A stretch of DNA of 64,000 bases, taken from contig NIVC01000010.1 in assembly GCA_002269645.1 (NCBI GenBank), forward strand, positions 1,736,001 through 1,800,000. Direction: 5' to 3'. This DNA is from Macrostomum lignano (Eukaryota). The position numbers were made by a program, and so were the translations under genes. This document shows positions 12,331-23,324 of this stretch, one piece after another. Below the pieces are notes generated by a model. The model made no database searches. It was given only the letters and a program-made list of their open reading frames with translations, and was not told the DNA's origin. Each line of letters opens with the position of its first letter. The first letter of the stretch is position 1.

Positions 12331-15300
12331 TTAAACGTAAACCAATGATAAAACATGCCTACTCACATCCAGTCTCTTTTTTATTTCCTCCTGCACGATG
12401 TTTGGAACCCAGTGACGAACTGGCTTCCGAAGTAGGCGCAACATTAGCTCCTGATCAGGGCAATACCGGGCACTGATTGCAATTTCTTGCAGGTCTGAGC
12501 CATTGCGATCAGCAACTGCTTGAATCCACAGGTAAGCGCGCTCGTCGCTAGGGACAAACTCGAGGCGCAAACCATGCAGCAAGGCGTCAAAGTTAACAAA
12601 ATAATACGTATTCATGTTTGACAGCTGCAATGGAAAGCATTCGGAGAAAAATCTGGGCAGAAAGTCAAGCAAAGGCTGCCGGCTGAACTTGAAGCAAAAC
12701 TTCCAAGCCGAATCACTGTTCGACAGGTGCTTCCGGACGAGATCTTCTGTGGCGTTATTTGCTGTCATTCTTGCGGACCAATCGATTCCAAGGCTCACAG
12801 GAAACTGCCCAAAGTCAGTCAGAATTTTCACTGCAGCCTCTTGTTGTCCCAACTTGAGACAGTTGAGCGCTCTGAGAGTCTCCCTAGCGGAGCGGGCGCA
12901 GTCTGGCAGTCGATCAGTTAACTCAGCAACTGTCTGCTGCGAATAAGCCTCGCTTTTCGCTGCGCTCAGTAAGTACAAGCAACGCCTCACCACACCGTAG
13001 ATCTCGTGGTATTTTAGCTCTTTAGACTGGGACATCGACCCAGGAAGATGTGGCAGAATTTGAAACGGGTGAAAGTAAAACACACCAGTCTCACCAAGTG
13101 GCTTCAAACTGTTCTTGTATTCTGCTAGATATTGCGGCAGGTTCCTGATCACCGTTTGCACGGCCTCCATTACAGTCTGCAAGGCTTGAATAACATCTTG
13201 CGGACTTTGTAAACTTAATCCTTTCAAATACAAGCTAGCATCGCACAGAAAGAAATGATTCATTATTCTCCCGTTTAAATTGTTTTCCGTACAGTTTTCT
13301 TTGATACTGTCGTATAGAACTTCCAAGGAGCGCTTAATAAGGTTTATTAGATTCTTTGGATCTTTCCAAGCTTCCACAGGGGTTTCTTCAACCAATCGAA
13401 ATGTCAAGGTTTTAGCGTGATAAGACTTCAAGCCTTGAATGTTTAATTTATCTTTGTTACCAATAACCTTCTTGACGAGATACTTGAGCGAGACAAAGAC
13501 CTGTCCCTGCAAAGTAGTCAGACTTCTCAGCAGTCGCTTCTCCAGAAAAGTTGTGCTCACCCTGAGCTGCTGGCCAGCCATGCCGGCTGGGGCTGCGTGG
13601 ACGATATGACACGGAGAGTCAACCAACTCGTCCTGGAGTGACTTCAGCACAGACTCGAGGATATTCGAGCGCCGCAATCGTTCCGGTAAAAGAGGCGCTA
13701 TTGGCGGATAGCAGCAGAGGCGACAGGCGTCAACATTGTCCACGGCGGGCTTGAGCTCCGACCCGTTGATCGGTTTGGCTGGATTCGACGCTGCGGAAAA
13801 GTAAGTGGAAAGCTCATGTGAAAAGAACTTTTGGATCTTTAAAATTTCTGGCACGTCCGATTTAAAAATTGCATGTGCTTGTTTTACTAGTCTCGAAAAA
13901 TTTACTGTATTCCAGTTCGTAAAAATCTAATAAAAAGTACATTTACATAATTTAACTCATTATTTTCTTTTTGCCCTAATTGATTGAAATTTTGAAGGTG
14001 TGTGTATACGGGTATTGGCTCCGCGATTTATATCAGCAGACGAGAAGTGAACGCTCGGAAAACGATGCTGGTCGATCGTAACTTCGAACCTCGATTTACA
14101 ACATGGAGTCTTGCACCTTTGAACTAGAAGTAACGCTCCTGTTTTTTTCTGTCCCAGTTTTAATGGCAACTGTCCTTTATGAACTTTTGATTGTTAAAAA
14201 CTCATTAGCTGAGTTTATATCCTCATGCTCTTTTGTTTGTAAAGAGTTACCTAGTTTAGTAAAACATAGCAATTAGCCCTATCAAGTAACCAGGGTACAC
14301 ACAAGGCCACAACCCTTTTGGGAATGTTTTTAAGGTTTTCTTTAGTAGGCCAGGCGCTCCCATAGACTTCGAAATGACATAAAGTGAAATTAACTCTTAC
14401 CAAATCCTGAAACGACAATATGACCATCTGCGTACTCCACTTTATCCGACTCGGATATTTCCGGGCAGCGACACGCACCTTTCAAGTGATACAGTCTGCC
14501 CGGAATCAGCTGCATCATATCGATGTCTGATTCGCTATCTGTACTGCCGTCAAGTACGGACAAATTGTTCCCCCAGCCTTCCGAGTAACTACCAACAATG
14601 TAATATCCATCGTACGAGTTCATATCGCGAACAATCTGCTGTAGTACATCCGCAACAGCCGTTTGAAGTGCAACCCTGGAGTCTACAAAGCCTGACAGAC
14701 GGAGGGCTGAGTTCAGTTCGTCGCTCTGCTGTGAGACGTCTTGCTCGCTGCAAAATTATTATTGTATTGAAGTTTTCTGTACGTATAATCGAAGTCGCTG
14801 TTCGATATAGCGACTTTTGTTTACAGATTCATCCGTGTTTTTATTCATTTGCTAATACCAGCTTCGTCGCTAATCAAACCGTACGTCAAAACCTGTTTTC
14901 ATAATATGATAAATTAATCAGTATTTCCCCTGGTTTCGTTGCTTTCTAAATATCATTCATATTGATTCTCCCAAAATTTCTAGCTGCACACCTACAGGTA
15001 ATAGAAGAACTAAATATACCTTATTTCCAGACGCTCTAACTTTACAGTAGATAAACTACAGAGGTAAAAAACTATGACTATTATGCATGTAGAATCAACC
15101 AATTTTCTGTGGACAGAGGCACTCAGAAATAAAAAAAATCATAGATGCTTACCTATCTGATTTTTCCACAGAATTCGTACTATCTTTAGCTTGGTCCGAA
15201 GAATCAGATTTCGACAAGATCTCTTCCACATTCGCTAGCGCCTTTTTTAGCAATGCGATTACTTTATAGTGCCGATTTTGCGAAGCAATGAAAACCGGTG

Positions 15301-17104
15301 TCGCTTTGTAGCTTGTCTGAATCGTTGGGTCTGCCTGTGCTTTAAGAAGCGCATCAACCACACTCCCGTGACCTTTCTGCGAGGCAATAAAGAGCGGCGT
15401 TTCTCCTGTAATTAGCTGTTGATTCACGCTTGCTTGAGCTGTTAAAAGCAGTTGCACAACGTTGCGATGGCCGAATTGTGACGCGACGTAGAGCGGCGAT
15501 GCGCCTGTTTCAGAGCAGGCGTCGATGTCTGCACCTGCTTTTAGTAGCAAGCGCACAATTTGGTAGTGTCCATTTTGTGATGCAATATAGGCCGGTGTCT
15601 CTCCGATTTTTGATTGAAGATTAACGTCGGCTCGAGCTTGGATAAGAGACTCGACAACTCTTAGGTGACCGTTTTGTGCAGCGATATACAACGGCGTTGC
15701 ACCGGACTTCGCCTGGAGATTAACATTTGCACCGTATCTAATAAGCAGGTCTACAATAATGCAATGACCTTCTTGCGATGCCGTGTAGATGGGTGACAGG
15801 CCGCTTCTTGATTGCAAGTTGACGTCGGCTTCGTTCTCGATTAGGCCTTTAACTATTTTATAATGAGCGTGTTGTGCTGCCACAAGCAACGGTGTCTGAC
15901 CGAGCTGGTCCTGGGCATTAACCTGAGCTGCGGCTCTAATAAGAGAGCGGACTACCCTTAGATGTCCATTTTGCGACGCAATAAATATTGGCGTTGCGCC
16001 TGAATTTGTTGGAATGTGAATATCCACGTTTGCTGCGATTAGCAGATCAACCACAAGGTTGCAACCTTTCTCGGCTGCGATGTATATTGCTGACGCTCCA
16101 TTGTTTCTCTGCAAATTAAGATCAGCCTGCCGCTCGATGAGCAGCCGAACGACCTCCGGGTGGTTTAACTGAGAAGCTATAAACAGTGGCGTCACCCCGT
16201 GACTTTCCTGAACGTCGCAGGTGGCTTGCGCTTTCAGTATTGCCTTCACCACTTCACCGTGGCCCATAAGAGATGCAATAAACAGTGGTGATTCACCGGA
16301 GCTTCTTTGAAGGTTTATATCGGCTTGAGCATTGATGAGCAATTCGACTGTATTAGCATGACCCTTCTGTGAAGCGATGTAAATTGGTGTTGCGCCCAAA
16401 TTTTCTTGCATGTTTACATCAGCTTGAGCTTTGATTAGCTCATCTACAACTCTGATGTAGCCATTCTGGGAAGCCGTGTACAGTGGCGATGATCCAAATG
16501 AGATTTTCTTCGCGTCAACATCAGCGCGTGCCAAAATCAGACGCCTGACAATATCGTGATGGCCACTTTGGGATGCAATCCAAATTGGAGTGATGCCATT
16601 GGTAGTTGCTAAATTCACATCCACATTGGCTTTAATCAGAGCCTGCACAATAAAACAGCGGCCCTGCTCTGATGCAATATAAACTGGTGTTGATCCGGAA
16701 ACGGTTTGAATATTTACATCAGCTTGATAGTCGATCAGCAAATTTACAACGGCAAGGTGACCCTCCTTGGACGCTAAGTAGAGAGGAGAAATGCCAAAGC
16801 TGTTTTGCAGATTGACGCTGGCACCGAAGTCAATCAAGACTCGAGCCGCATCAGTGCGTCCCTCTCGACTGGCTAAATGTAGAGGGGAGGTGCACATTCT
16901 GTCTCCAGTGGGCAGCACCAGTCGGTCAATGTCGGTCCTGGATTTCAATGCCGTTTCCAAGTCGCGTAAATTTCCATGCTTGATAGCCTGCAGTAAAAAT
17001 TCTTCAACAGCAGAATCTTTCCAGTCTTGTTTAGTAGAATCGCCAATAGCTTGCATCAAAGCTGATAGTGCTAGCTTTAAAAGTACACCAACAGCTAGCT
17101 GCAT
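12331..17104 (-). CDS. Ankyrin-repeat / Mab-21 (cGAS-like receptor, cGLR) nucleotidyltransferase fusion, ~1252 aa, 3 exons
   Basis: Exons 17104-15153 (17 ANK repeats plus one degenerate; donor GATAG|gtaagc), 14747-14401 (acceptor ttttgcag; GSYSEG...SDID motif; donor TTTG|gtaaga) and 13790-12331 (acceptor ttttccgcag; VDNVDACRLCCYP, RVSTTFLEKRLL, LKSYHAKTL Mab-21 motifs). Phases 2 and 1 match, and the total 3759 nt equals 1253 codons. Confidence 0.85.
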
Positions 17105-17810
17105 GATTATGTCAAAACATTAGCAATGGTGAAACCAGTATAATTTGTTGGTAATTTTTTCTGGCCTTTTTACAAATAAAGTATCTGTCTGATCTTGTTT
17201 TACGAGTATTAAAAATTCCTGTCTTGCAATAAGAGACACTAAGGCTTCAGCAAGTGCTTTTCAGTTCCTACAGTGTACGCAAAGGCGCAAGGCTGTACAG
17301 TGGGGTAGGGAAATAGTGCGTACAAAATGCTTCCATTTTTCCTGAGCGGACTATCTTTTTCAGACCTGAATCGTACAATGCACGCGTACTAGACGTCTTT
17401 TTAAATACTATTTAATATTTTTGGATGAACTTGCTTAAGGCTCGTTTGTACCGTGGTCATGAGGGGCTGAAAATTGCGTCGCTGTTAAAGTTCGTGGCGC
17501 TGCAATGTACAGTGGACGTAAATATGCGTTCAGAGAAGCAATCAATAATCATTCAATAGATTTTCTGTACAGGCGTGCGACAATTAGACTTAATAAAAGT
17601 GCTGAATTAGCACATTTGAAAAGACACGTTATCGTAGTTGTAAGAAAGTCGAAAAGCAATATTAGAGCAATATAAAAAAGTTTACTGCGTTTCCCGATGC
17701 CTACTCATGCTAGTAGTATTATCAGAATTTTATCTTCCTAAAGATTCAAGCTGCCGCCATAAAATCTGCTTGGGAATAATAAAAAAAACGGCTGATTACA
17801 CCTGCCCTAA

Positions 17811-18073
17811 TGTGCAACCGACAGCTCAGCCGCAGCTATTGCGCGGCGCATCTGAAGGCTGCGTACGGCTGTTCAGTCCAAGGACTGGGGAGTCGCCTGT
17901 CACCACACACACCTTCAATTACCCCAGCTAATGCTGGCACCCATTTTACAGTTGAGTAAACTGAAGCAATTGAGAGTTAAGTTTCTTACTAAAGGACACA
18001 AATTGTTCCGAGTGGGTCGAGAATCGAACCCCGACCTTACAGTCGTGACTCTATAACCACCAGGCTAAAACTC
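17811..18073 (-). mobile_element. tRNA-derived SINE with CORE-like centre, copy 1
   Basis: Minus strand shows A box TAGCCTGGTGG, B box GGTTCGATTC and centre TGTGTCCTTTAGTAAG...CTGTAAAATGGG. The 3' module is shared with the copies at 32047 and 53722. Confidence 0.75.
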
Positions 18074-18127
18074 CTTTGGGAATAAATTTTAGAAGGACAC
18101 TTAACTTGAAAAGAATCGCTGTGCAAC

Positions 18128-18466
18128 CATGGATGAATGAATAGAATGGATTGCTATTCTGGCTCTGGCTATTTTCGTTTTTGACTCTTTTGCATCTGGT
18201 TCCCCCCCGTGCCTTTTCATTGGTTGATAATTGCCATAGACAATTTTCGGCCTTCGCCCTTTTCTTTCGATGCACAAGCGCTTTCGCTCGTGTTTTGAAA
18301 TAAAGGGGGAAGACCTACGAGCGCTCGATATTCTCTGCAAGTAACTGACAATTGTCTATGGCAATCATCAACCAATGAAAAGGCACGGGGGGAACCGGAT
18401 GCAAAAGAGTCAAAAACGAAAATAGTCAGAGCCAGAATAGCAATCCATTCTATTCATTCATCCATG
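18128..18466. mobile_element. MITE with ~118-bp terminal inverted repeats and a perfect 8-bp TSD
   Basis: 18128-18245 is the near-perfect reverse complement of 18350-18466 (termini CATGGATGAATGAATAGAATGG). TGTGCAAC flanks both ends (18120-18127 and 18467-18474). Confidence 0.9.
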
Positions 18467-19985
18467 TGTGCAACTCATTAGCTTGAAAACCATCGGCATA
18501 GGCCAATTTTCGGAAACTTTCTAGTCAAAGCTGGAAATACCTATAGAAAATAGACGATTATGTTGAAAGTTTTTAAAAGTGCTAATAAATTATTGAAGTC
18601 AAGGCAGCAAAAATTGCCTCCTAAAAGTCTACACTACCTTCAAACCCAGTTGTAACAGCCATCCTTACGTCTCAGGAAGAAATAAATTATCACTTCTTAG
18701 TTACGTGGGTTCAAATTTTGGCCACCCACCGGCAAGCGGACTAAGTTTATTGCTAGCAAGGCATGCAGTCAGCTATGAACTTTTCTCAGCGACAGTTTTA
18801 TGACTGGGTGAGCAACCCCCCTTTTGTGGAATTGCTTTGCTCCTTCTTAATGCAGGAGATAGCGAGGAGTTATTTCTTGCTAGAATCTATTTCTACAGTT
18901 TCATAAAGTAAATCGTAAACAGTTCTAGCAAAATAAATCAAGATGTATACTTAGACTGTTGTTTAATTACTTCCAATGCGTAATCTGCATAGTATGCAAA
19001 AAGTGCACGCATAGCACTCGCTATCATGCTTACATCACATGTAGGTGTCTCGATTCCAAATAATGCAATTTTTCACGGATCTCGGAATTGCCATGTCGAC
19101 TCTGACAAAAGATTTACGATTCGCATTCCGCATTGAAATGATTTATGGCGGCAGAGGAGTCTGCTTCTCTGTACATGGGCAAGCAACCCTCCAGCTTGTG
19201 CTTTCTAGTCTTTGCAAATCTGTAGGCTTATAGGAACTATACTAGACAGAAATATCTGAAATGTCTTTGGATTATAATATCGGAACACATGTATTTTCAC
19301 GGGAGCTAAGTCAAACTATAATATATAATTAGTCACACACAGTGTACTTATCCTGGAATAATAATATTTTCGGCAATAGGCATGGATAGCACACGCTGCA
19401 GTAGTGTCAGAGACAAGAGACAATACCAATCGAGAATTGTTAATAAATCCAATGAAGATTGTGACAAAATGATTTAATGGGAAGAAATGGTTACATATAT
19501 AAAAAGCAGAAGCAGTTCTTACTAAAAGAAGAAGCCGCAAAGAAAGAGCCGGTAGCTACTAGCTTTGCTACACAAGATAGAACAAGCTCGACGGAGTTGA
19601 ACCGTAAGAGCCTCAATACAAAAAACATAATTGAGTACACATCATAGTGAGGGAAATTTGATTTTGTGAAGTCAACCTTGAAAATTAAAGCTTCGTCGCG
19701 ATCAATACTGGAAATTTTCTGGGCCTTATGAAGCCCTAATCTACGGTCGACTCAAGCAGAGTTTTCTCCAAACCGGCCTCAAACGAAATTTGAACAGTTT
19801 TAGAGTGTAGCGGCATTTTACTTTAGTAGTCCATGGACCAGTATGTAATATTATTATAGAAATAGGCAGCATTCTCGAATGGCTTGCTTAGTGCGTATTA
19901 TCAATAGAATGGTGATAATGATAGCTCGTACTAACTAGTAACAATGCCCATAGTGCGTCACTGCTCGTTACCAAAATCGTTCAAA

Positions 19986-22900
19986 TTAAGTTTCTCCAGC
20001 TCCACTTGACTGCGTCAAAGCGAACATTGGAGCCTGCGCAATGAGCAGCTCAACGGCGTCCTCGCGCCCCAGTTCCCGCAGAACGTCAACCAGAGCTCCG
20101 ACATTGGTGCCGCCCGGCCCGCCGACTCGTCGCCACTCGTCCAGCAGGACAGCCGTTCGGCTGCGCAGCCACTCGTTGCCGCTGTGCACCGCGGGCACGG
20201 AGTGGATCAGGCCGAGCCGCACTGCCAGCAGGCACCAGTCCTTGCCGAGCGGATCCGGCGGATCAAACATGCGGCAGAGGCGCTGCAGAGTCGGGGCTCT
20301 AAGCGACGACAGTGGAAGCTGGGGGCCCAGGGTTAGATGCGACAGTAGCTCTCGGCTGCCAAAGCAGATCAGGTTTTCCAGGTCCTCTTCTTCTTCCTCC
20401 TCGTCTTGTGTCTCATCGCACGTTGAACCGCTGGCGGGAAACGCGATCGGGATAGTTGGCGGCGGAAAGCTGATCAAGCTGCCCGACTCACTGGACTCCC
20501 CTGTTGTGCTTTGGTGCTTCTGCATTGCTCGAAACACGGCACTCTGCGGCACGGCCAGTTTAAGTCTCCTTGGAAACTGACGCAGCTCTTTCGGGCTGAG
20601 CAAAGCCAGATCGAACTCTAGGCCGGGGCACATGTCGTCAATTGTCTGCTCCAACAGGCCGGCGATGTCTTGGCAGATACCAAACAGAAGCTGGGCCCGG
20701 GCCGGCGGACCCCTGGCTCGAAGTCGGATCAGCTGATCCGATTCTTCGAGTTGCAGCATGCACTCGACGCAGCCTTCCAGAGACAGTTTTGAGCCGTGGA
20801 ACCATTGGAAGAGATCGATGCGCAGCGGCTCCAAAGGCGGTGGTCTGCAGGCGGCTGCTTGAATACTCCGACGCAGACGGCACTGAACTCGAGGGAAAAT
20901 ATGCACTAGCTGGGAGGCGGCCATCGATGCCTTCAGTTGCCAGCCGCCATACACTGAGTTCTCGTGCTGAGCTGTCGGCTCCCATGGACTTCGGCCGCTC
21001 TCCAAGAAGTTCAAACAGGGAAACTCGTATTGAACATCTTCGTCACTGTCAGAATCTTCGGCGCCACCATCGAGGTCAGCTCGAGTGCAGAGATCCAGTG
21101 CAGACAGCAGTCGAACCAGCTGATCAGCAGCAGTTTCGCCCGTCATGAACTGAACGTCATTCACTGAGAATGTACCTGTGACGCGAGCCTGCGCAATGTT
21201 GTCATACGACAAAAGGTAGCCTAGTACATCGGAACAGAGCCACTGCGGACTGAGCACAATCATGTCCTGCTCTACTTCTGATTCTAGGTAGACGACATCG
21301 CCGGTGTATTGCAGTTCCTGGATGAGATCTTTCAGATGATCGTCTGAGCACAATGGGTTGACTTTGCCCCGTACGGCTTCAATAAACTGCTGCCAGGTGA
21401 AAACTGGGAATTCTGTGGCTCCAGCCCATTCTGGTAGTCGGCTCGCCACAGTGTCGAGAAGACCATTGCCTCGAGGCAGGTGCCGCAAAATTTCCGTTCG
21501 CCAATCAGCCAGTCTCTGTCGAAGCGACTTCATTTCAGCAGACATTGCCTCGCTGGTGTCAACCGCGAAGACCTCGTGGCAAACTTCGAGCCTGTACTGA
21601 GCCAATTCCTGCACCTCGAGAAGCAATCGGTCAGCGTCTGCACTCTCAAGGAGACCACGCGGTCCGTCGCCACGAAAGACAGTCGCCGCATCTGCGTGCG
21701 TTCCAATAAGCAGCACTCGGGCGAGGGTCTTTGGCTTGCCGCAGTATCCTAGAGGTTCCCTTGGTGGCAATCGGGCCAGCAAAAAGTGCAGCCAGAACAG
21801 GACCTTCTGACGCATCGTCTCGTAGCATTCCGCTAAGCTGAACAGAATGGCGTGTACGCACGAAGTGTCGCCAATAAAATGATCGTAAAACAGATAGTAG
21901 GGCTCGTAACCAGAGAATTCCCACACGCTGAAGTCCCCAGCGCCAGTGATGTTCAAGTTTTGAACAGCTATGCCGCGTGTGTAGGCCTCGTGTTGGGCGT
22001 CAAAGCTAATTTCTGATGGTGCAAAGGACCGCTGCAACAGCGAGAAGCACTGCCGTCGGTCCAACTCGTCGTCACAGTCGCCAACAATTACTTGACCAGT
22101 GGAGGCGCCGCTTCCCCCACCGCCGCCGCTGCCGCCGGCAAGAAACGTCCGACGCAAAAAGCCGGTGATTCGGTTCGAGCGCAAACTGTCAATTAGAGCA
22201 GTCTTTCCGCTGCCGCTGTGACCGAACACCTTCAGCTTGATTCTGGGCAGGCTGCGCTGAGTAGGCACCAGCTGCTCAACGCAGACCGCTCGTCGCTCAG
22301 GTCGCATCCGGCCCAGTAAACTGGCCGTCATTGTGTGACCCTGCGCGAGTGACATAACCTCGGGTAGAAGGCCCTCTTGACTCGCCAGCTGCGGATTAGC
22401 GCCGGCGAGAAGAAGACAGCGAACAACTTCAAGATGACCAGCTCTGGCCGTTTGATGCAGTGGCGTGAGTCCTTGGACGTTGACAGCGTCAACTCGACAA
22501 CCGTAGGCACACAGCGCTTGGACAACTGGCAGCTGCCCTAAACGACTCGCTGCATGCAATGGAGAGTCGCGTTCCGACGAGTCGAGCTGATCAAGCGGTG
22601 CTCCAGCGCTTATTAGTAGCATAGCCATAGCCTGGTGCTGTCGTTGAATAGCATGTCGCAGCGGACCCCAGCCCTCGCTGTCCGGAATATCCGGTCGAGC
22701 CCCGGCACGAAGGAGGACGCGCGCGACTTCGATGCCCAAGGATTCGCTGACGATCTCGGAGGCCGCTATCACTAGCGGCGTGCGCTGGTGCCGCCTGTCG
22801 CGCGAATTCGGATTGGCGCGTCGACTGCCGAGTAGAAGTAGGCGCAGAATAGTCAGGTGACCCCCGCGACAGGCCAGGTGTAGCGGAGTCTCACCAGCTC

Positions 22901-23324
22901 GATTCTGGCCCTCCGGGCACACCGATCTATCCAGGAAAAAAGCCGCCACCTCGTCGTTGCCGACGTGGCTAGCCAGGTGAAGACCATTTTCGCAATCGGT
23001 GTTCAACTGGTGCAGGTCGGCGCCTCGCTGCTCCAACACCATCAGAGCCTCGACGGAACCGCTATCCGCCGCAACGTGCACGACCGTTCGACCACTGCTG
23101 TCGCGACAGTTCAGGTCGACAGTAGGCGGTAGGGTCAGCAATGCGTCGCGAACTTGGCTGGGATCGCCGCTTGCGGCAGCTTCAAACAGGCCGGCCAGCG
23201 GGAAGGACGCATCACCGCCTGCCGCTTCGCCTTCGCCGGTATTCAAAGAAGCGTCGTTAGCATCGTTCGCCAAGGAGTTGACGCCGTCCGCAATGCTTGA
23301 GCCGTCAATTTCTAGTAGACTCAT
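19986..23324 (-). CDS. DAPK1: DAPK1-like Roco protein (ankyrin repeats - ROC - COR - death domain), no kinase domain, intronless, 1112 aa
   Basis: About 8-9 ANK repeats; P-loop IKLKVFGHSGSGKT; DAPK-type G3 FSVWEFSGYEPYYLFYDHF; COR LQYTGDVVYL...LSPQWLC; death domain DPPDPLGKDWCLLAVRLGL...LLDEW. An in-frame TAA lies two codons upstream of the ATG. Confidence 0.9.
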   Translation of the reverse strand: MSLLEIDGSSIADGVNSLANDANDASLNTGEGEAAGGDASFPLAGLFEAAASGDPSQVRDALLTLPPTVDLNCRDSSGRTVVHVAADSGSVEALMVLEQRGADLHQLNTDCENGLHLASHVGNDEVAAFFLDRSVCPEGQNRAGETPLHLACRGGHLTILRLLLLGSRRANPNSRDRRHQRTPLVIAASEIVSESLGIEVARVLLRAGARPDIPDSEGWGPLRHAIQRQHQAMAMLLISAGAPLDQLDSSERDSPLHAASRLGQLPVVQALCAYGCRVDAVNVQGLTPLHQTARAGHLEVVRCLLLAGANPQLASQEGLLPEVMSLAQGHTMTASLLGRMRPERRAVCVEQLVPTQRSLPRIKLKVFGHSGSGKTALIDSLRSNRITGFLRRTFLAGGSGGGGGSGASTGQVIVGDCDDELDRRQCFSLLQRSFAPSEISFDAQHEAYTRGIAVQNLNITGAGDFSVWEFSGYEPYYLFYDHFIGDTSCVHAILFSLAECYETMRQKVLFWLHFLLARLPPREPLGYCGKPKTLARVLLIGTHADAATVFRGDGPRGLLESADADRLLLEVQELAQYRLEVCHEVFAVDTSEAMSAEMKSLRQRLADWRTEILRHLPRGNGLLDTVASRLPEWAGATEFPVFTWQQFIEAVRGKVNPLCSDDHLKDLIQELQYTGDVVYLESEVEQDMIVLSPQWLCSDVLGYLLSYDNIAQARVTGTFSVNDVQFMTGETAADQLVRLLSALDLCTRADLDGGAEDSDSDEDVQYEFPCLNFLESGRSPWEPTAQHENSVYGGWQLKASMAASQLVHIFPRVQCRLRRSIQAAACRPPPLEPLRIDLFQWFHGSKLSLEGCVECMLQLEESDQLIRLRARGPPARAQLLFGICQDIAGLLEQTIDDMCPGLEFDLALLSPKELRQFPRRLKLAVPQSAVFRAMQKHQSTTGESSESGSLISFPPPTIPIAFPASGSTCDETQDEEEEEEDLENLICFGSRELLSHLTLGPQLPLSSLRAPTLQRLCRMFDPPDPLGKDWCLLAVRLGLIHSVPAVHSGNEWLRSRTAVLLDEWRRVGGPGGTNVGALVDVLRELGREDAVELLIAQAPMFALTQSSGAGET

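Noticed and set aside
12331-14747. Bacterial CBASS CD-NTase operon or contamination
   Set aside because: The gene has spliceosomal introns and Mab-21-type motifs, with metazoan neighbours and no Cap effector genes.
12331-17104. Treating the 651-aa ankyrin ORF and the 507-aa ORF as two separate genes
   Set aside because: The ankyrin stop lies inside a consensus donor, the 507-aa ORF start is intronic, and the intervening exon carries the NTase motif with matching phases.
17295-17330. TACAGTGGGG... as a Tc1-like left terminus
   Set aside because: No matching right inverted repeat was found nearby.
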